A model generated the notes under the pieces. It saw only the letters and a list, made by a program, of their open reading frames with translations. It was not told where the DNA came from and did no database searches. A DNA stretch of 64,000 nt from a virus. A program made the translations under genes and the position numbers. Positions 10,198 through 20,978 of the stretch are shown here, piece after piece; within the stretch, counting starts at the first letter, position 1; each line of letters starts with the position of its first letter. The stretch is from positions 23,182 to 87,181 of the IMG/VR virus record IMGVR_UViG_3300032240_001244; one strand, given 5' to 3'.

Positions 10198-12504
10198 ATG
10201 AATGAAAAGAAGTATGTCACGGTAGACACACCGCAGACACTAAGAGATATGGTTAAACATATCAAAGCATTTGATATAATAGCTTTTGATACAGAGACTA
10301 CAAGTTTAAATCCAAGAAAAGGAAAGATAATAGGATTGTCAGTATCAGGAGAAGTAGGAGTAGGATACTATATGCCAACAATGGTATTCAAAGATGGCGA
10401 ATTAAAGGATGATGCTATATACGGAGAGAGTTGTCATGAGTTAGCTAAAAAAGTGCTTACTATTTTATGCAGTAAGAAATTGATAGGGCACAATCTTTCT
10501 TTTGATTCTAGGTTTGTAAAGGAGTTTTATGGTATAGATATTGTTCCTTCTATATATGCAGATACAATGTTACTAGTCCATACAGTAGCAGAAGAAGGTG
10601 CAGGAGATGGATTTGGCAGTTCTTTTGGTCTTAAAGACATTGCTAAGGCTATACAAGAACATATTGGGTTAGACATGGAGAAAGAGGCCAACGAAGAACA
10701 AGTAGAGCTTAAAGAGTCTATAAAATCCAATGGAGGCACTACCACTAAAGAAAACTATGAGATCTGGAAGGCAGACCTGCCTATACTGTCCAAGTACGCT
10801 TGCGCAGACACAGACCTTACACTCAGAGTATATAACTACTATATAGAGAAACTAAAATCAGAAAATTTAGAGAAATTCTTTTTTGAAGATGAAGTAATGC
10901 CTTTGTATAAAGAAGTTACTATTCCAATGGAAAGTAACGGTATGATGCTTGATATGGATCTTATAGTACAGTCTAGAGAAGAAATTATAAAAGACTTAGA
11001 AGAATATAAAAGCCTTGTTATTAAAACTCTACTTAAAGATCCTAGAGTAAAAGAGTGGGTAATTGATAAAGCTTTAGAAAAGTTTCCTCCTACACATAAA
11101 GGTAGCTACGCACAGCAACTAATAACTGAATCAGGATATACTTTACCAAAGTCTGAAAAGACTGGTAAGTATACAATGAATGCTGCAACTCTTAAGACTT
11201 TACAAGAAGGTTCTATTAAAGAATTTTTAACAACTGGCAACATGGATGTTCTTGATGCTGATCTAGCTGTTAAAGTTAGCATGAAGCTATGGAAAGAAAG
11301 CCAGGATGGAGATTTTTTTAATATACAGTCTAAAGATCACTTAGGCAGTATTGCTTTTACAGCTTTGGGAATGGAACCTATATCTGCTACAGATAAAGGA
11401 AAAGATAAGTTTGATGATGACTTCATTCAGTCTATTGCGGAAAAACATGAGTGGGCTAAGAATCTTCGCATTTATAATAAATTGCTAAAGATAAAGTCTA
11501 CTTACATGGATAGGTTCCTGGATAAACAGGAAGACGGCATGTATTATTTCTACTACAAACAACACGCAACAGTATCAGGAAGGTACGGATCAGATGCACA
11601 ACAACTTCCCAGACCTAAAGAAGAAGGAGAAGAGGATCCTATAGTATTGAAATATAATAATATGATTCGTGCGTTCTTTGTTTGCAAACCGGGAACAGTG
11701 TTTATAGATTGCGATTATGAAAGCTTGGAACCAAAAGTATTCTCTCACGTGGCTGATGATGAAGGATTAAAAGACATCTTTAGAAATGGATGGGATTTTT
11801 ATTCTACAATCGCTATAAAAACAGAGAAACTGGATCAGTACTCTCCTGACAAGAAAGCCCCTAACTATTTAAAAAAGATGGCTAATAACATAAGACAGAA
11901 AGCTAAGGCTTACTCTCTTGGAATTCCTTACGGAATGGGCTCATATGCATTAGGTAAGAATATAGATGTATCAACTAAAGAAGCTCAAAAGCTTATTGAT
12001 GGATATCTTAATGGGTTTCCTAATTTAAAAAAATGGATGGAAGATTCTAAAGCTTTTGTAAAAGAGCATGGATATATAAAAACACAGGTAGGGAGAATTC
12101 GCCATTTACCAAAAGTTTCATATCTTTACAAAAAGTTTGGAGATTCTTTATTACAATGGGATTTTCAAAATAAATTGGAAGATCAGCTTGGAAAAGAGTT
12201 AGTATCCAATATGTCTAAAGATTATAAGAATGGACTTAACAATTCACTTAACGTACAGATACAGGGACTAGCTGCATCTATTGTAAACAGGGCTGCTATA
12301 TCCATAAACAGAGAATTTAAAAAAGCTGGTATAAAAGGACAAGTAGTAGCTCAAATTCATGACCAATTGGTTATGGAAGTAGAGGAGGAAAGGTCAGAGG
12401 AAGCAGCAGCTATTGTTAAAGATAGGATGGAGAATACTACAAGATTGTCTCTTGATCTAGTAGCACCACCATCTTTGGCACACAATTTGAGAGACGGACA
12501 CTAA
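10198..12504 (+). CDS. polA: DNA polymerase family A with 3'-5' exonuclease domain
   Basis: Exo I DTETT, HNLSFD, YACAD; motif A DYESLE, motif B RQKAKAYSLGIPYG, motif C QIHDQ. Confidence 0.92.
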   Translation: MNEKKYVTVDTPQTLRDMVKHIKAFDIIAFDTETTSLNPRKGKIIGLSVSGEVGVGYYMPTMVFKDGELKDDAIYGESCHELAKKVLTILCSKKLIGHNLSFDSRFVKEFYGIDIVPSIYADTMLLVHTVAEEGAGDGFGSSFGLKDIAKAIQEHIGLDMEKEANEEQVELKESIKSNGGTTTKENYEIWKADLPILSKYACADTDLTLRVYNYYIEKLKSENLEKFFFEDEVMPLYKEVTIPMESNGMMLDMDLIVQSREEIIKDLEEYKSLVIKTLLKDPRVKEWVIDKALEKFPPTHKGSYAQQLITESGYTLPKSEKTGKYTMNAATLKTLQEGSIKEFLTTGNMDVLDADLAVKVSMKLWKESQDGDFFNIQSKDHLGSIAFTALGMEPISATDKGKDKFDDDFIQSIAEKHEWAKNLRIYNKLLKIKSTYMDRFLDKQEDGMYYFYYKQHATVSGRYGSDAQQLPRPKEEGEEDPIVLKYNNMIRAFFVCKPGTVFIDCDYESLEPKVFSHVADDEGLKDIFRNGWDFYSTIAIKTEKLDQYSPDKKAPNYLKKMANNIRQKAKAYSLGIPYGMGSYALGKNIDVSTKEAQKLIDGYLNGFPNLKKWMEDSKAFVKEHGYIKTQVGRIRHLPKVSYLYKKFGDSLLQWDFQNKLEDQLGKELVSNMSKDYKNGLNNSLNVQIQGLAASIVNRAAISINREFKKAGIKGQVVAQIHDQLVMEVEEERSEEAAAIVKDRMENTTRLSLDLVAPPSLAHNLRDGH

Positions 12505-12519
12505 ATAAAATAAAAAAAA

Positions 12520-12816
12520 ATGAGTACATTAGTTGCATTACACGACAAAGTCATTCTTAAAAAGATTGACACAGAAGACAAAATGGTAGGTGGCATTATT
12601 GTGCCGGATATGGGGGCTGAAAAATCTAACTACTTTGAAGTAGTAAGCGCAGGTCCTGGCATGTATGATACGCAAAATGGTAAGTACTTTCCTATGCATG
12701 TAGAAGTGGGAGACACAGTAGTTGTCCCAAAAGCAGTAGTAACACAGATCTTAGTAGACAGGGACGAGTACTACGTATGCCGTGAAGTAGAAATCCTTTC
12801 AATTATTAAAGATTAA
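12520..12816 (+). CDS. groES: co-chaperonin GroES
   Basis: LHDKVILK, GGIIVPD, VVSAGPG, VEVGDTV, EILSII. Confidence 0.9.
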   Translation: MSTLVALHDKVILKKIDTEDKMVGGIIVPDMGAEKSNYFEVVSAGPGMYDTQNGKYFPMHVEVGDTVVVPKAVVTQILVDRDEYYVCREVEILSIIKD

Positions 12817-13067
12817 TGGATATAACATATTCTATAACAGAATTTGTATGGGTTAAAAAAGATAATTCTTTTTATGCCGATGCGGATAGATTACATCCCG
12901 AAGGAGATTACAAGTGTACTTTCCCAAATGGTAGGAAGAAGTTTTATATTAAAAATAATAATACAAAAGGATTTAGAAGATTTATATTAAATAAGGAATG
13001 CGGTACCGTTTTACAGTTTATAAGTGAAGATGGTATATTATGTAACATACAAACAAAAACAAAATGA
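12816..13067 (+). CDS. hypothetical protein between groES and groEL
   Basis: 83 aa ORF overlapping both neighbours (TAATG, ATGA junctions). Confidence 0.65.
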   Translation: MDITYSITEFVWVKKDNSFYADADRLHPEGDYKCTFPNGRKKFYIKNNNTKGFRRFILNKECGTVLQFISEDGILCNIQTKTK

Positions 13068-14716
13068 TAAAGACAGAATTTGGAACAGATCTTAAAAAAA
13101 GACTCTTAGACGGAGTAAACAAGATTAATGCCAGTGTTTCATCAACACTAGGTCCAGCAGGTAGGAATGTGATCATTAGAGGTTCTGATGGTGCTATTAA
13201 GATTACTAAGGATGGTGTTACTGTAGCACAATCTTTTACTAAACTTGAAGATCCTATTGAAGATATCGGAGCACAAATGATTAAAAGCGTATCAGTTCGT
13301 TCAGCAGATAAAGCTGGTGATGGTACAACTACATCAACACTTTTGGCATCTGTAATGGTTAATGAAGGTATTAAAGCTATCACGCAAGGATCAAATGCAG
13401 TAGAAGTTAAGAAAGGTATTGATAAAGCAGTATCAGTTGTAGTAACTGCGCTAAAAGGAATATCTAAAGATATATCCTCAGAAGATCAGATCAAACAAGT
13501 AGCTACAATTTCAGCCAATAATGATACTGAGATTGGAACATTAATCGCCACTGCTTTGGATAAAGTAGGTACTGATGGTGTAGTGGCTATTGAAGAATCA
13601 AAGTCTGGTGAGACTTCTTTGGAAGTTGTAGAAGGTATGATGTTTGATAGAGGATTTAAATCTCCATACTTTGTTACAGACAATTCAACAATGCAAGCTG
13701 TGTTTGATAAACCATTAATTTTCTTGTATGATGGTAGACTTACAAGTACTGCACAAGTGCTCCCTCTTCTTCAAGCAGCTCATGCTGAAAGTCTTCCTTT
13801 GCTTATCATTGCTGAAGACATTGAACACGAGGCTTTGGCTATCTTAGTAGTAAATAAAGCAAATGCTACAATCAAAGTATGTGCTGTAAAGGCTCCTGAC
13901 TTTGGTGATCGTAGAACAGCAATTCTAGAAGACATTGCAATCCTTACTGGCGGTACTGTTGTATCTCCTACCAAGGGTAATAAGATTGATAAGATGAAGC
14001 CTGATGAGTTTAAGCCATTGTTTGGTAAGGCTCGAATGGTGAATGTATCATCTAAAGATACTACTATCATTGATGGTAAAGGATCAGTAGAAGGAATTGA
14101 GCAAAGACTGAACGATATTAAAACTCAGATTGATATAGCCAAGTCTAACTTTGAAGTTGAAAAGCTTCAAGAAAGATTATCAAAGCTTACTGGCGGTGTT
14201 GCTATTATCAATGTTGGTGGTATGAGTGAGATTGAAATGAAAGAAAAGAAGGATCGTGTAGATGACGCACTACACGCTACTAAAGCTGCCTTAGATCAAG
14301 GTATTGTTCCTGGTGGTGGTATGGCTTTGATTAACTGTATAGAGTTGCTTAAAGAGGCTGTATTGGATTGTGACAACGATGATCAAGAGCTTGGTGTACG
14401 AATTGTCACTAAAGCTTTATACGCACCGTTTAAAACTATTCTTACCAACGCTGGTATTGAGAATGCTTATGAGATTTTAAGCAGTGTTAAGAGCTATTCT
14501 CAAGATGAAGATAACTCAGATTGGTACGGATATAATGCTAAGACGGGAGAGATCCAAGATTTTCTACAAGCAGGTATTCTAGATCCAACCAAAGTAACTA
14601 GAACAGCTATTGAGAATGCTGCTAGCGTAGCCGGTACTATTCTAACTACAGAGTCAGTAGTATACTTTACTGGAGATGATAAGAAAGAAGATATAGATTA
14701 TAGTCAATTCATGTAA
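13064..14716 (+). CDS. groEL: chaperonin GroEL
   Basis: [41 protein letters not shown]. Confidence 0.97.
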   Translation: MIKTEFGTDLKKRLLDGVNKINASVSSTLGPAGRNVIIRGSDGAIKITKDGVTVAQSFTKLEDPIEDIGAQMIKSVSVRSADKAGDGTTTSTLLASVMVNEGIKAITQGSNAVEVKKGIDKAVSVVVTALKGISKDISSEDQIKQVATISANNDTEIGTLIATALDKVGTDGVVAIEESKSGETSLEVVEGMMFDRGFKSPYFVTDNSTMQAVFDKPLIFLYDGRLTSTAQVLPLLQAAHAESLPLLIIAEDIEHEALAILVVNKANATIKVCAVKAPDFGDRRTAILEDIAILTGGTVVSPTKGNKIDKMKPDEFKPLFGKARMVNVSSKDTTIIDGKGSVEGIEQRLNDIKTQIDIAKSNFEVEKLQERLSKLTGGVAIINVGGMSEIEMKEKKDRVDDALHATKAALDQGIVPGGGMALINCIELLKEAVLDCDNDDQELGVRIVTKALYAPFKTILTNAGIENAYEILSSVKSYSQDEDNSDWYGYNAKTGEIQDFLQAGILDPTKVTRTAIENAASVAGTILTTESVVYFTGDDKKEDIDYSQFM

Positions 14717-14729
14717 TAAAAAAATTAAT

Positions 14730-14996
14730 ATGCAACAACAAAATCCGTTAGCAAATGTAAGGTTTGATCAAACTACAGGAGTAGTTTGTGAAAAATGTGG
14801 CAATAATGTATTTACTGAAGGTTTGTACCTTCGTAAGGTTTCTAAATTTCTTGTAGCCGCTAGTAGCGATAAAGATCAAGTGATACCAGTACCAACATTT
14901 TACTGTGTTAAATGTCAACATGTAAATAAAGAGTTCTCTCCTATAGGTATGGAAGAGGAACAAGAGACTGATAAAGGAGTTGATCGTATCTATTAA
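14730..14996 (+). CDS. zinc-ribbon protein
   Basis: CEKC ... CVKC pairs. Confidence 0.7.
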   Translation: MQQQNPLANVRFDQTTGVVCEKCGNNVFTEGLYLRKVSKFLVAASSDKDQVIPVPTFYCVKCQHVNKEFSPIGMEEEQETDKGVDRIY

Positions 14997-15008
14997 AAAA
15001 TAAATGTT

Positions 15009-15203
15009 ATGACCCTTGATGAAATCAATGAAGGCATAGAAAACTGTAATAAGAAATTAGACGATTACAATATTCAAATAGAAGCTTTATCTAGTAAAGA
15101 AGATTTAATGTCTGAAGAAGTACAATCACAGTTTGATTACTTGATTAGAGAGATTGAAAAAACAGCAGAAGAGCTAGAAGATTTGATAAAAAAAATAGAA
15201 TGA
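15009..15203 (+). CDS. small coiled-coil hypothetical protein
   Basis: 64 aa ORF in operon. Confidence 0.6.
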   Translation: MTLDEINEGIENCNKKLDDYNIQIEALSSKEDLMSEEVQSQFDYLIREIEKTAEELEDLIKKIE

Positions 15204-16144
15204 AAGAAGCAATAGCTTTATCAGAAAGTATAGCTCCTAAGATTAGAACAGAGAAGAGAGAAGGACAAAAACAAATATCCTTCTCTCAATACTCTGTTTA
15301 TGAGTCATGTCCCCATCGTTGGTATCTTACCTACGCCAAGGGGCATTACTTGTTTACAGCAAGTATTAATACTGTTTTTGGAACCGCTATACATGAAGCA
15401 ATACAAAAGTATTTGGCTATATTATTTAATGAGTCTGTTAAAGCATCCGATGCTTTTGATATGATAGAACACTTTGAGAAGGTATTCAAAGAAGAGTACA
15501 TCAAAGAAGTTACTAACAATGGTGGAGCTCACTTCTCTACAAAACAAGAGATGGCAGAGTTTTACCAGGATGGAGTAGAGATATTGAATTATTTCAGAAA
15601 GAAGAGAGTAGCATACTTCTCAACTAGAGATATGGAGATGTTGGGCATGGAAATACCCATCCTTACAGAGATCAGAGATGTAGCTGATAATTTTTTATTT
15701 CACGGCTATATAGATTTAGTTCTTAGAGATAAGACTGATGGTACTATATACATTGAAGATTTTAAAACATCTACTAAAGGCTGGAAGGATTATGAAAAGA
15801 AAGATGAGACTAAACAAGCTCAAATTCTTTTATACAAGAAGTATTTTGCAAAGCAGTTTGGAGTAGAAGAAGCTAAGATAGTTCCTAGATTTAGAATACT
15901 TAAAAGAAAGCTGTATGAAAATGCAGACTTTCCACAATCAAGAGTGCAGGTACACGAACCAGCTAATGGAAAATCTAAGGTACATCAAGCTGGTCAGCGT
16001 CTTATAAACTTTATAAATGAGTGTTTTAATGAAGACGGGACTGCAAAAGATAAAGCGCATACTAAATTATTTTCTGGAAATAACTGTAGATTCTGCCCAT
16101 TTAAAGACAGGCCGGATCTTTGTGATAAAAAAAATATAAGATAA
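15200..16144 (+). CDS. PD-(D/E)xK nuclease (RecB/Cas4-like exonuclease)
   Basis: SFSQ..CP, GTAIH, GYIDL, EDFKTS, Q..LY, C-terminal CRFCP..C. Confidence 0.85.
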   Translation: MKEAIALSESIAPKIRTEKREGQKQISFSQYSVYESCPHRWYLTYAKGHYLFTASINTVFGTAIHEAIQKYLAILFNESVKASDAFDMIEHFEKVFKEEYIKEVTNNGGAHFSTKQEMAEFYQDGVEILNYFRKKRVAYFSTRDMEMLGMEIPILTEIRDVADNFLFHGYIDLVLRDKTDGTIYIEDFKTSTKGWKDYEKKDETKQAQILLYKKYFAKQFGVEEAKIVPRFRILKRKLYENADFPQSRVQVHEPANGKSKVHQAGQRLINFINECFNEDGTAKDKAHTKLFSGNNCRFCPFKDRPDLCDKKNIR

Positions 16145-16192
16145 TTTTAATTTTAATGTAATTTTTATATATTTATTATATATAACTATATT

Positions 16193-16387
16193 ATGAAAGA
16201 TAAATTAAAATTAACAAGTGTTAAAATACACAAAGATCTATCTGAAAATTTCAAGATAGAAAGTGCAAGGACAGGCTTATCTCTACAGAAATTTGTAAAC
16301 AGGACCATTCATTTGTACTTAACTGATCCCGAATTTCAAGTTAAAATGTTGACTTATAACAATTTAGCAACTAGTGGAAGTTTATAA
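16193..16387 (+). CDS. small putative DNA-binding protein (ribbon-helix-helix-like)
   Basis: LTSVKI strand followed by two helices. Confidence 0.55.
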   Translation: MKDKLKLTSVKIHKDLSENFKIESARTGLSLQKFVNRTIHLYLTDPEFQVKMLTYNNLATSGSL

Positions 16388-16397
16388 ATTACTCAAT

Positions 16398-16730
16398 ATG
16401 AAAAAAATAATAGAAAAATTTGCATTTTGGATATTAAGAAAAAAGTACATTTACAAAGGAACAAATTGTATTATATTGACAGATGCACCTTTATCTGAAC
16501 GTTGCCAAAAGATAGTATCTGTTAACATAAGCGATGACTTTAAAAAAGAAAAAATTAAATTTAACATAAATAAAACTATGTTAGATATGATAGAAAAGCA
16601 TAAAGGTACAGTAGAAGACGGTAAATGCTTTTTGGCTTCTGAGGATTTTGTTCTTGGTATAGATGAAGAAGGAAAAGTAAAAACATTAGTAGATTGCAAC
16701 GGAGATAAAACAAAAGTTTCGGTAGTATAA
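16398..16730 (+). CDS. hypothetical protein
   Basis: ORF; ATG at 16398 preferred over upstream GTG. Confidence 0.6.
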   Translation: MKKIIEKFAFWILRKKYIYKGTNCIILTDAPLSERCQKIVSVNISDDFKKEKIKFNINKTMLDMIEKHKGTVEDGKCFLASEDFVLGIDEEGKVKTLVDCNGDKTKVSVV

Positions 16731-16744
16731 AATAAAAATAAAGA

Positions 16745-18184
16745 ATGAAAGCAGGTTACATTAAAAAAGAAGACAGGAAAAAAATCCTATTCATAGGGGA
16801 TGATATTAGGTTTTTCTCAGGGATTGCAACCATATCTAGAGAATTGGTGTTAGGAACATCTCATGCATTTAACTACGCTTGTATAGGTGGTGCCATAGAT
16901 CATCCGGATAAAAACAAAAGAATGGATCTATCACAGTCTACAAGTGATATAGCAGGCATACCAGATGCTTCTGTTATACTATACCCTACTAATGGATATG
17001 GAACTCAAGATTTAATAAGGCAATTAATTAATATAGAAAAGCCTGACTTGTTAGTGTTCATTACGGATCCTAGGTACTATGAATGGTTGTTTAGATTAGA
17101 ACAAGAGATCAGAAAGACCATTCCTATGGTATATATAAACATTTGGGATTGTGAACCAGCTCCTCTGTATAATAAAAACTACTACAGATCTTGTGACACT
17201 CTACTGTCAATATCTAAACAAACAAAGATATTAAATGAGGTAGTATTGGGAGAGTATGCTAAGGATAAGACTATTAAATATTTTCCACACGGTATTAACG
17301 AAAACAACTTCTACCCAATAAGAAAAGGACATGATCTGTATCCAAAACTACAAGCATTTAAAAACAATCTTCTTAAAGATAAGGATTTTGATTTTGTAGT
17401 TTTATTCAATAGCAGAAACATTAGAAGAAAGTCTATACCAGATACTATACTAGCGTTTAGACACTTCTTAGAACAATTACCTTCAGAAAAAGCGGATAAG
17501 TGTTGTTTAGTATTACATACTCACAGAGTAGATGATAACGGCACAGATCTACCAGCAGTAATTGATTTATTTATGGGAGATAAAAAAGATCAAATAATAT
17601 TTTCAAATCCTGGGGAAGGAATTGAGTATATGAATTTGTTGTACAATTCTTCTGATGCTACTATACTTCTATCTTCTAATGAGGGATGGGGATTATCTCT
17701 TACGGAGTCTATGATGTGCGGTAAAATGATTATTGCAAATGTAACTGGTGGTATGCAAGATCAAATGAGATTTGAGGATGAAAATGGTAACTGGATTGAG
17801 TTTGATGAGTCGTTCTGCACTAATCATTTGGGAAAATATAAAAAATGTGGAGAGTGGGCTATTCCAGTATTCCCCTGTGGAATTAGCATACAAGGATCAC
17901 CACCCACTCCATACATCTCAGATGATAGAGTAGATTTTAGAGATGCATCTAAAGCTATAATGGATCTGTACAATATGGGTGTAGAGGAAAGAGATAGAAA
18001 AGGATTAGCAGCTAGAAATTGGGTAACCTCTTCAGAATCTATGATGAGTGCAAGAGCTATGTCAGAAAATTTTATTGCAGCTATAAATCACACTCTGGAT
18101 AATTGGAAGCCTAGAGAAAGGTTTCACATTAAAAAAATAGAAGAAAGACCATTGAAAACTATTAAACATTATATATCTTTGTAA
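16745..18184 (+). CDS. glycosyltransferase, GT-B (GT4-like)
   Basis: PHGIN, NSRNIRRK, SSNEGWGLSLTES, NVTGG. Confidence 0.85.
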   Translation: MKAGYIKKEDRKKILFIGDDIRFFSGIATISRELVLGTSHAFNYACIGGAIDHPDKNKRMDLSQSTSDIAGIPDASVILYPTNGYGTQDLIRQLINIEKPDLLVFITDPRYYEWLFRLEQEIRKTIPMVYINIWDCEPAPLYNKNYYRSCDTLLSISKQTKILNEVVLGEYAKDKTIKYFPHGINENNFYPIRKGHDLYPKLQAFKNNLLKDKDFDFVVLFNSRNIRRKSIPDTILAFRHFLEQLPSEKADKCCLVLHTHRVDDNGTDLPAVIDLFMGDKKDQIIFSNPGEGIEYMNLLYNSSDATILLSSNEGWGLSLTESMMCGKMIIANVTGGMQDQMRFEDENGNWIEFDESFCTNHLGKYKKCGEWAIPVFPCGISIQGSPPTPYISDDRVDFRDASKAIMDLYNMGVEERDRKGLAARNWVTSSESMMSARAMSENFIAAINHTLDNWKPRERFHIKKIEERPLKTIKHYISL

Positions 18185-18193
18185 TCAATTGTT

Positions 18194-19459
18194 ATGAATA
18201 AACTTACTTGCGTTGTTTCTTGTCCAATAGATATTATATCAGGTTATGGATCCCGTAGTCGTGATTTTGTAAAAGCTTTGATAAAAGCTAAAGGTGAAGA
18301 GTGGGATATTAAAATACTATCTCAAAGATGGGGAGAGTGTCCATATGGAGCTTTAAGTAGTGATATACCGGAAGAGTTAGACCTCATTAATAGAGTTATA
18401 CCTCAGATGCAAAGTCAACCTGATATTTGGTTTCAAATAACAGTAGCTAATGAATTTGAGCCTGTAGGAAAGGTTAGCATAGGAGTATCCGCTTTAGTAG
18501 AAACTACAATACTCCCAGCTGAACTATTGGAAGGTTTGAATAGAATGAATTTTAATATAGTGTCTTCTAACTTTGTAAAAGATGTAGCAGAGAAGACTAG
18601 CTTTGATAGGATAGATCAGAATACAAACCAAAAGCAAGGTACTGTAAGGTTGAGTAAACCTATTGAAGTTTTGTTTGAAGGCGTTGATACAAACAAGTAT
18701 AAAAGATTAGAAAAGTCTAATTTTGATTTATCCGAAATAAAAGAAGAGTTTTGTTTTTTATCTGTAGGACATTGGTTAACTGGTGAGATCGGGGAAGATA
18801 GAAAACAATTAACAACTTTAATCAAAGCGTTCCTCACTGCATTTAAAGATAAAAAGAAACGTCCTGCTCTTATACTTAAAACAAGTTTAGCAGGTTTTAG
18901 TATTATAGAAGAAGAAAAGATTTTAGATAATATAGATGCTATTAGAAAAACTGTTGGAGGAGATATGCCAAACATTTATCTTTTATACGGTGAATTAACT
19001 GAGGAAGAGATGAACAACCTTTACAACCATGAAAAAGTAAAAGCCTTTGCTTTGGTAGGTAATGAAGGGTTTGGAAGACCCTACTTAGAGTTCTCCGCAG
19101 CTTCTAGCAAACCTGTTATAACATCTCCTTTCAGTGGACATATTGATTTTTTAAACGAAGAGTTTAATATCTTTGTACAAGGAAAAGTAGAACAGCTGCA
19201 CCCATCAGCCGCTAATCAGTTCTTGATAAAAGAATCAAGTTGGTTTAAAGCAGATCCTAAGTCAGTTGAAGATAGTTTAAAAGCTGTGTATGAAAACTAT
19301 AACAAGTACGTAGACAATGCAAAGAGACAAGGACATCAATCAAGGACTCAATTTAGTTATGATAAAATGGTAGAGAGGTTATCTGAAATACTAGAAAAGA
19401 ATGTTCCTAAGTTGAGTGTACCTCAAATGATAAATTTGCCAAAGCTTAAAACTTTGTAA
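18194..19459 (+). CDS. glycosyltransferase, GT-B (GT4-like)
   Basis: SGYG, EGVD, RK, NEGFGRPYLE, SGHIDF. Confidence 0.85.
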   Translation: MNKLTCVVSCPIDIISGYGSRSRDFVKALIKAKGEEWDIKILSQRWGECPYGALSSDIPEELDLINRVIPQMQSQPDIWFQITVANEFEPVGKVSIGVSALVETTILPAELLEGLNRMNFNIVSSNFVKDVAEKTSFDRIDQNTNQKQGTVRLSKPIEVLFEGVDTNKYKRLEKSNFDLSEIKEEFCFLSVGHWLTGEIGEDRKQLTTLIKAFLTAFKDKKKRPALILKTSLAGFSIIEEEKILDNIDAIRKTVGGDMPNIYLLYGELTEEEMNNLYNHEKVKAFALVGNEGFGRPYLEFSAASSKPVITSPFSGHIDFLNEEFNIFVQGKVEQLHPSAANQFLIKESSWFKADPKSVEDSLKAVYENYNKYVDNAKRQGHQSRTQFSYDKMVERLSEILEKNVPKLSVPQMINLPKLKTL

Positions 19460-19460
19460 T

Positions 19461-19597
19461 ATGACAAGTAAAGAATTCCGCCTAATAAAGGCATACCTCA
19501 ATCGGAAGAGGTTAAACAAAAAATAAGTGATAGCAAGAAAGGAAAGCCGTGAACAGAGGCAAGAAGATTAGCTCAAAAAAATAAAAAACAAAAATAG
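19461..19597 (+). pseudogene. remnant of NUMOD3-motif homing endonuclease
   Basis: From 19481: PNKGIPQSEEVKQKISDSKKGKP*TEARRLAQKNKKQK*, with an in-frame TGA at 19550 and no in-frame start. Confidence 0.6.
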
Positions 19598-19598
19598 C

Positions 19599-19904
19599 AT
19601 GGATAGCAAAAGTTTTATAAGTTGGCTAAAGGGTTTTACAGAAGCCTGTCCAGAATTTCATCCAACTCCTAAACAGTGGGATAGATTAAAAGAAGTGCTG
19701 AACGAAGTAGAAGACCATGAAGAAGATAATGGATTAGTTTGGGAAATAGATGATTTTGAACCTGAGAACCCTGAGCCTTCTCCTCAATCTCAGTATCCTT
19801 TTGATCCACAACTATATCGTAATCCTAAAGGATTTGGATACTATACAAATAGCACACTGGATAAAACAACTCCAGAAGAAACAAAAAAACAATTATTAGA
19901 TTAA
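19599..19904 (+). CDS. hypothetical protein
   Basis: 101 aa ORF, FISWLKGF N-terminus. Confidence 0.7.
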   Translation: MDSKSFISWLKGFTEACPEFHPTPKQWDRLKEVLNEVEDHEEDNGLVWEIDDFEPENPEPSPQSQYPFDPQLYRNPKGFGYYTNSTLDKTTPEETKKQLLD

Positions 19905-19905
19905 T

Positions 19906-20349
19906 ATGCAAGATCAATTAACAACCTGCAGAAAATGTGGAAGTCCTCTTTGTTACGAAAGACATATAGACGGTACTATTAGCTGGGACTGTTTGCAATG
20001 TGGATTCACTACAAACACACTCCTCTTAGAAAACACAGAGGCTGTAATGTCTTACGAATCTATGATACCTAATTTATTTAGAGATATAAAATACATAGAC
20101 AAAGATGGTTTCGTATGGTACCCAACAACTATCACTAAAGATGGAGTAGGTATTGTATTTGCTGATGGTACTTCTAAAGATAATTGGAAGTGGGCGTTTG
20201 CTCCACACATACCAGTAGCTGAGGAAGAAAAAGAGAGATTTAAGAAGACGGACGGCACTTACCACCAATATAAAACAGATATGAAGCATGTCCTTCATTT
20301 CGATCAAGAATATTTTTCAAGGGCTTTAGAAGCCGCAGGACTAATTTAA
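19906..20349 (+). CDS. zinc-ribbon hypothetical protein
   Basis: CRKC ... CLQC. Confidence 0.7.
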   Translation: MQDQLTTCRKCGSPLCYERHIDGTISWDCLQCGFTTNTLLLENTEAVMSYESMIPNLFRDIKYIDKDGFVWYPTTITKDGVGIVFADGTSKDNWKWAFAPHIPVAEEEKERFKKTDGTYHQYKTDMKHVLHFDQEYFSRALEAAGLI

Positions 20350-20354
20350 ATGTT

Positions 20355-20978
20355 ATGGTACCTATATCATATTGTATAACAACTCATGACGAAGGAGCAG
20401 CTTATATAAAACCCCTTCTAGATAGATTGTTGAAGCATCTTCAACCAGAAGATGAAATAGTAGTAGTAGATGATTTTTCCACGGAAGAGTCTACAGTAAA
20501 CGTATTGAACGAGTATAGAGATAGAGTTAACCTATACTTTAATTCTTTGAATAATGATTTTGCTGCACACAAAAACTTTGCTAAATCAAAATGTACAAAA
20601 GACTACATCTTTTTTATAGACGCAGATGAAAATGTACATGAGAATCTTTTGCTGACAATTAAAGAAATACTGCTTAATAATTCATCAGTAGAGATGTTTT
20701 TAGTGCCAAGAATCAATGTTGTACCTGGACTGACTCAAGAGCATATTAATAAGTGGGGGTGGCAGGTTAATGACAAAGGGTATATAAATTATCCAGATCC
20801 ACAGACTAGGATTGTTGTAAATAATCCTAATATACTATGGGAGAATAAAGTACATGAAAGGTTAATAGGGCATAGCACACATGCTATTTTACCTTTTGAA
20901 ACAGAAGACTATTGCTTATTACATATCAAAGATATTAAAAGGCAAGAGGCCCAAAACAACTTCTACAATACATTATAA
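20355..20978 (+). CDS. glycosyltransferase family 2
   Basis: ISYCITT, VVDDFS, FIDADE, VHE. Confidence 0.88.
   Translation: MVPISYCITTHDEGAAYIKPLLDRLLKHLQPEDEIVVVDDFSTEESTVNVLNEYRDRVNLYFNSLNNDFAAHKNFAKSKCTKDYIFFIDADENVHENLLLTIKEILLNNSSVEMFLVPRINVVPGLTQEHINKWGWQVNDKGYINYPDPQTRIVVNNPNILWENKVHERLIGHSTHAILPFETEDYCLLHIKDIKRQEAQNNFYNTL

Noticed and set aside
19550-19552. In-frame TGA at a Trp-like position suggesting stop-codon reassignment
   Set aside because: Many intact genes end in TGA or TAG (ATGA overlaps, 35906, 42872) and long genes are uninterrupted in code 11; better explained as pseudogene decay
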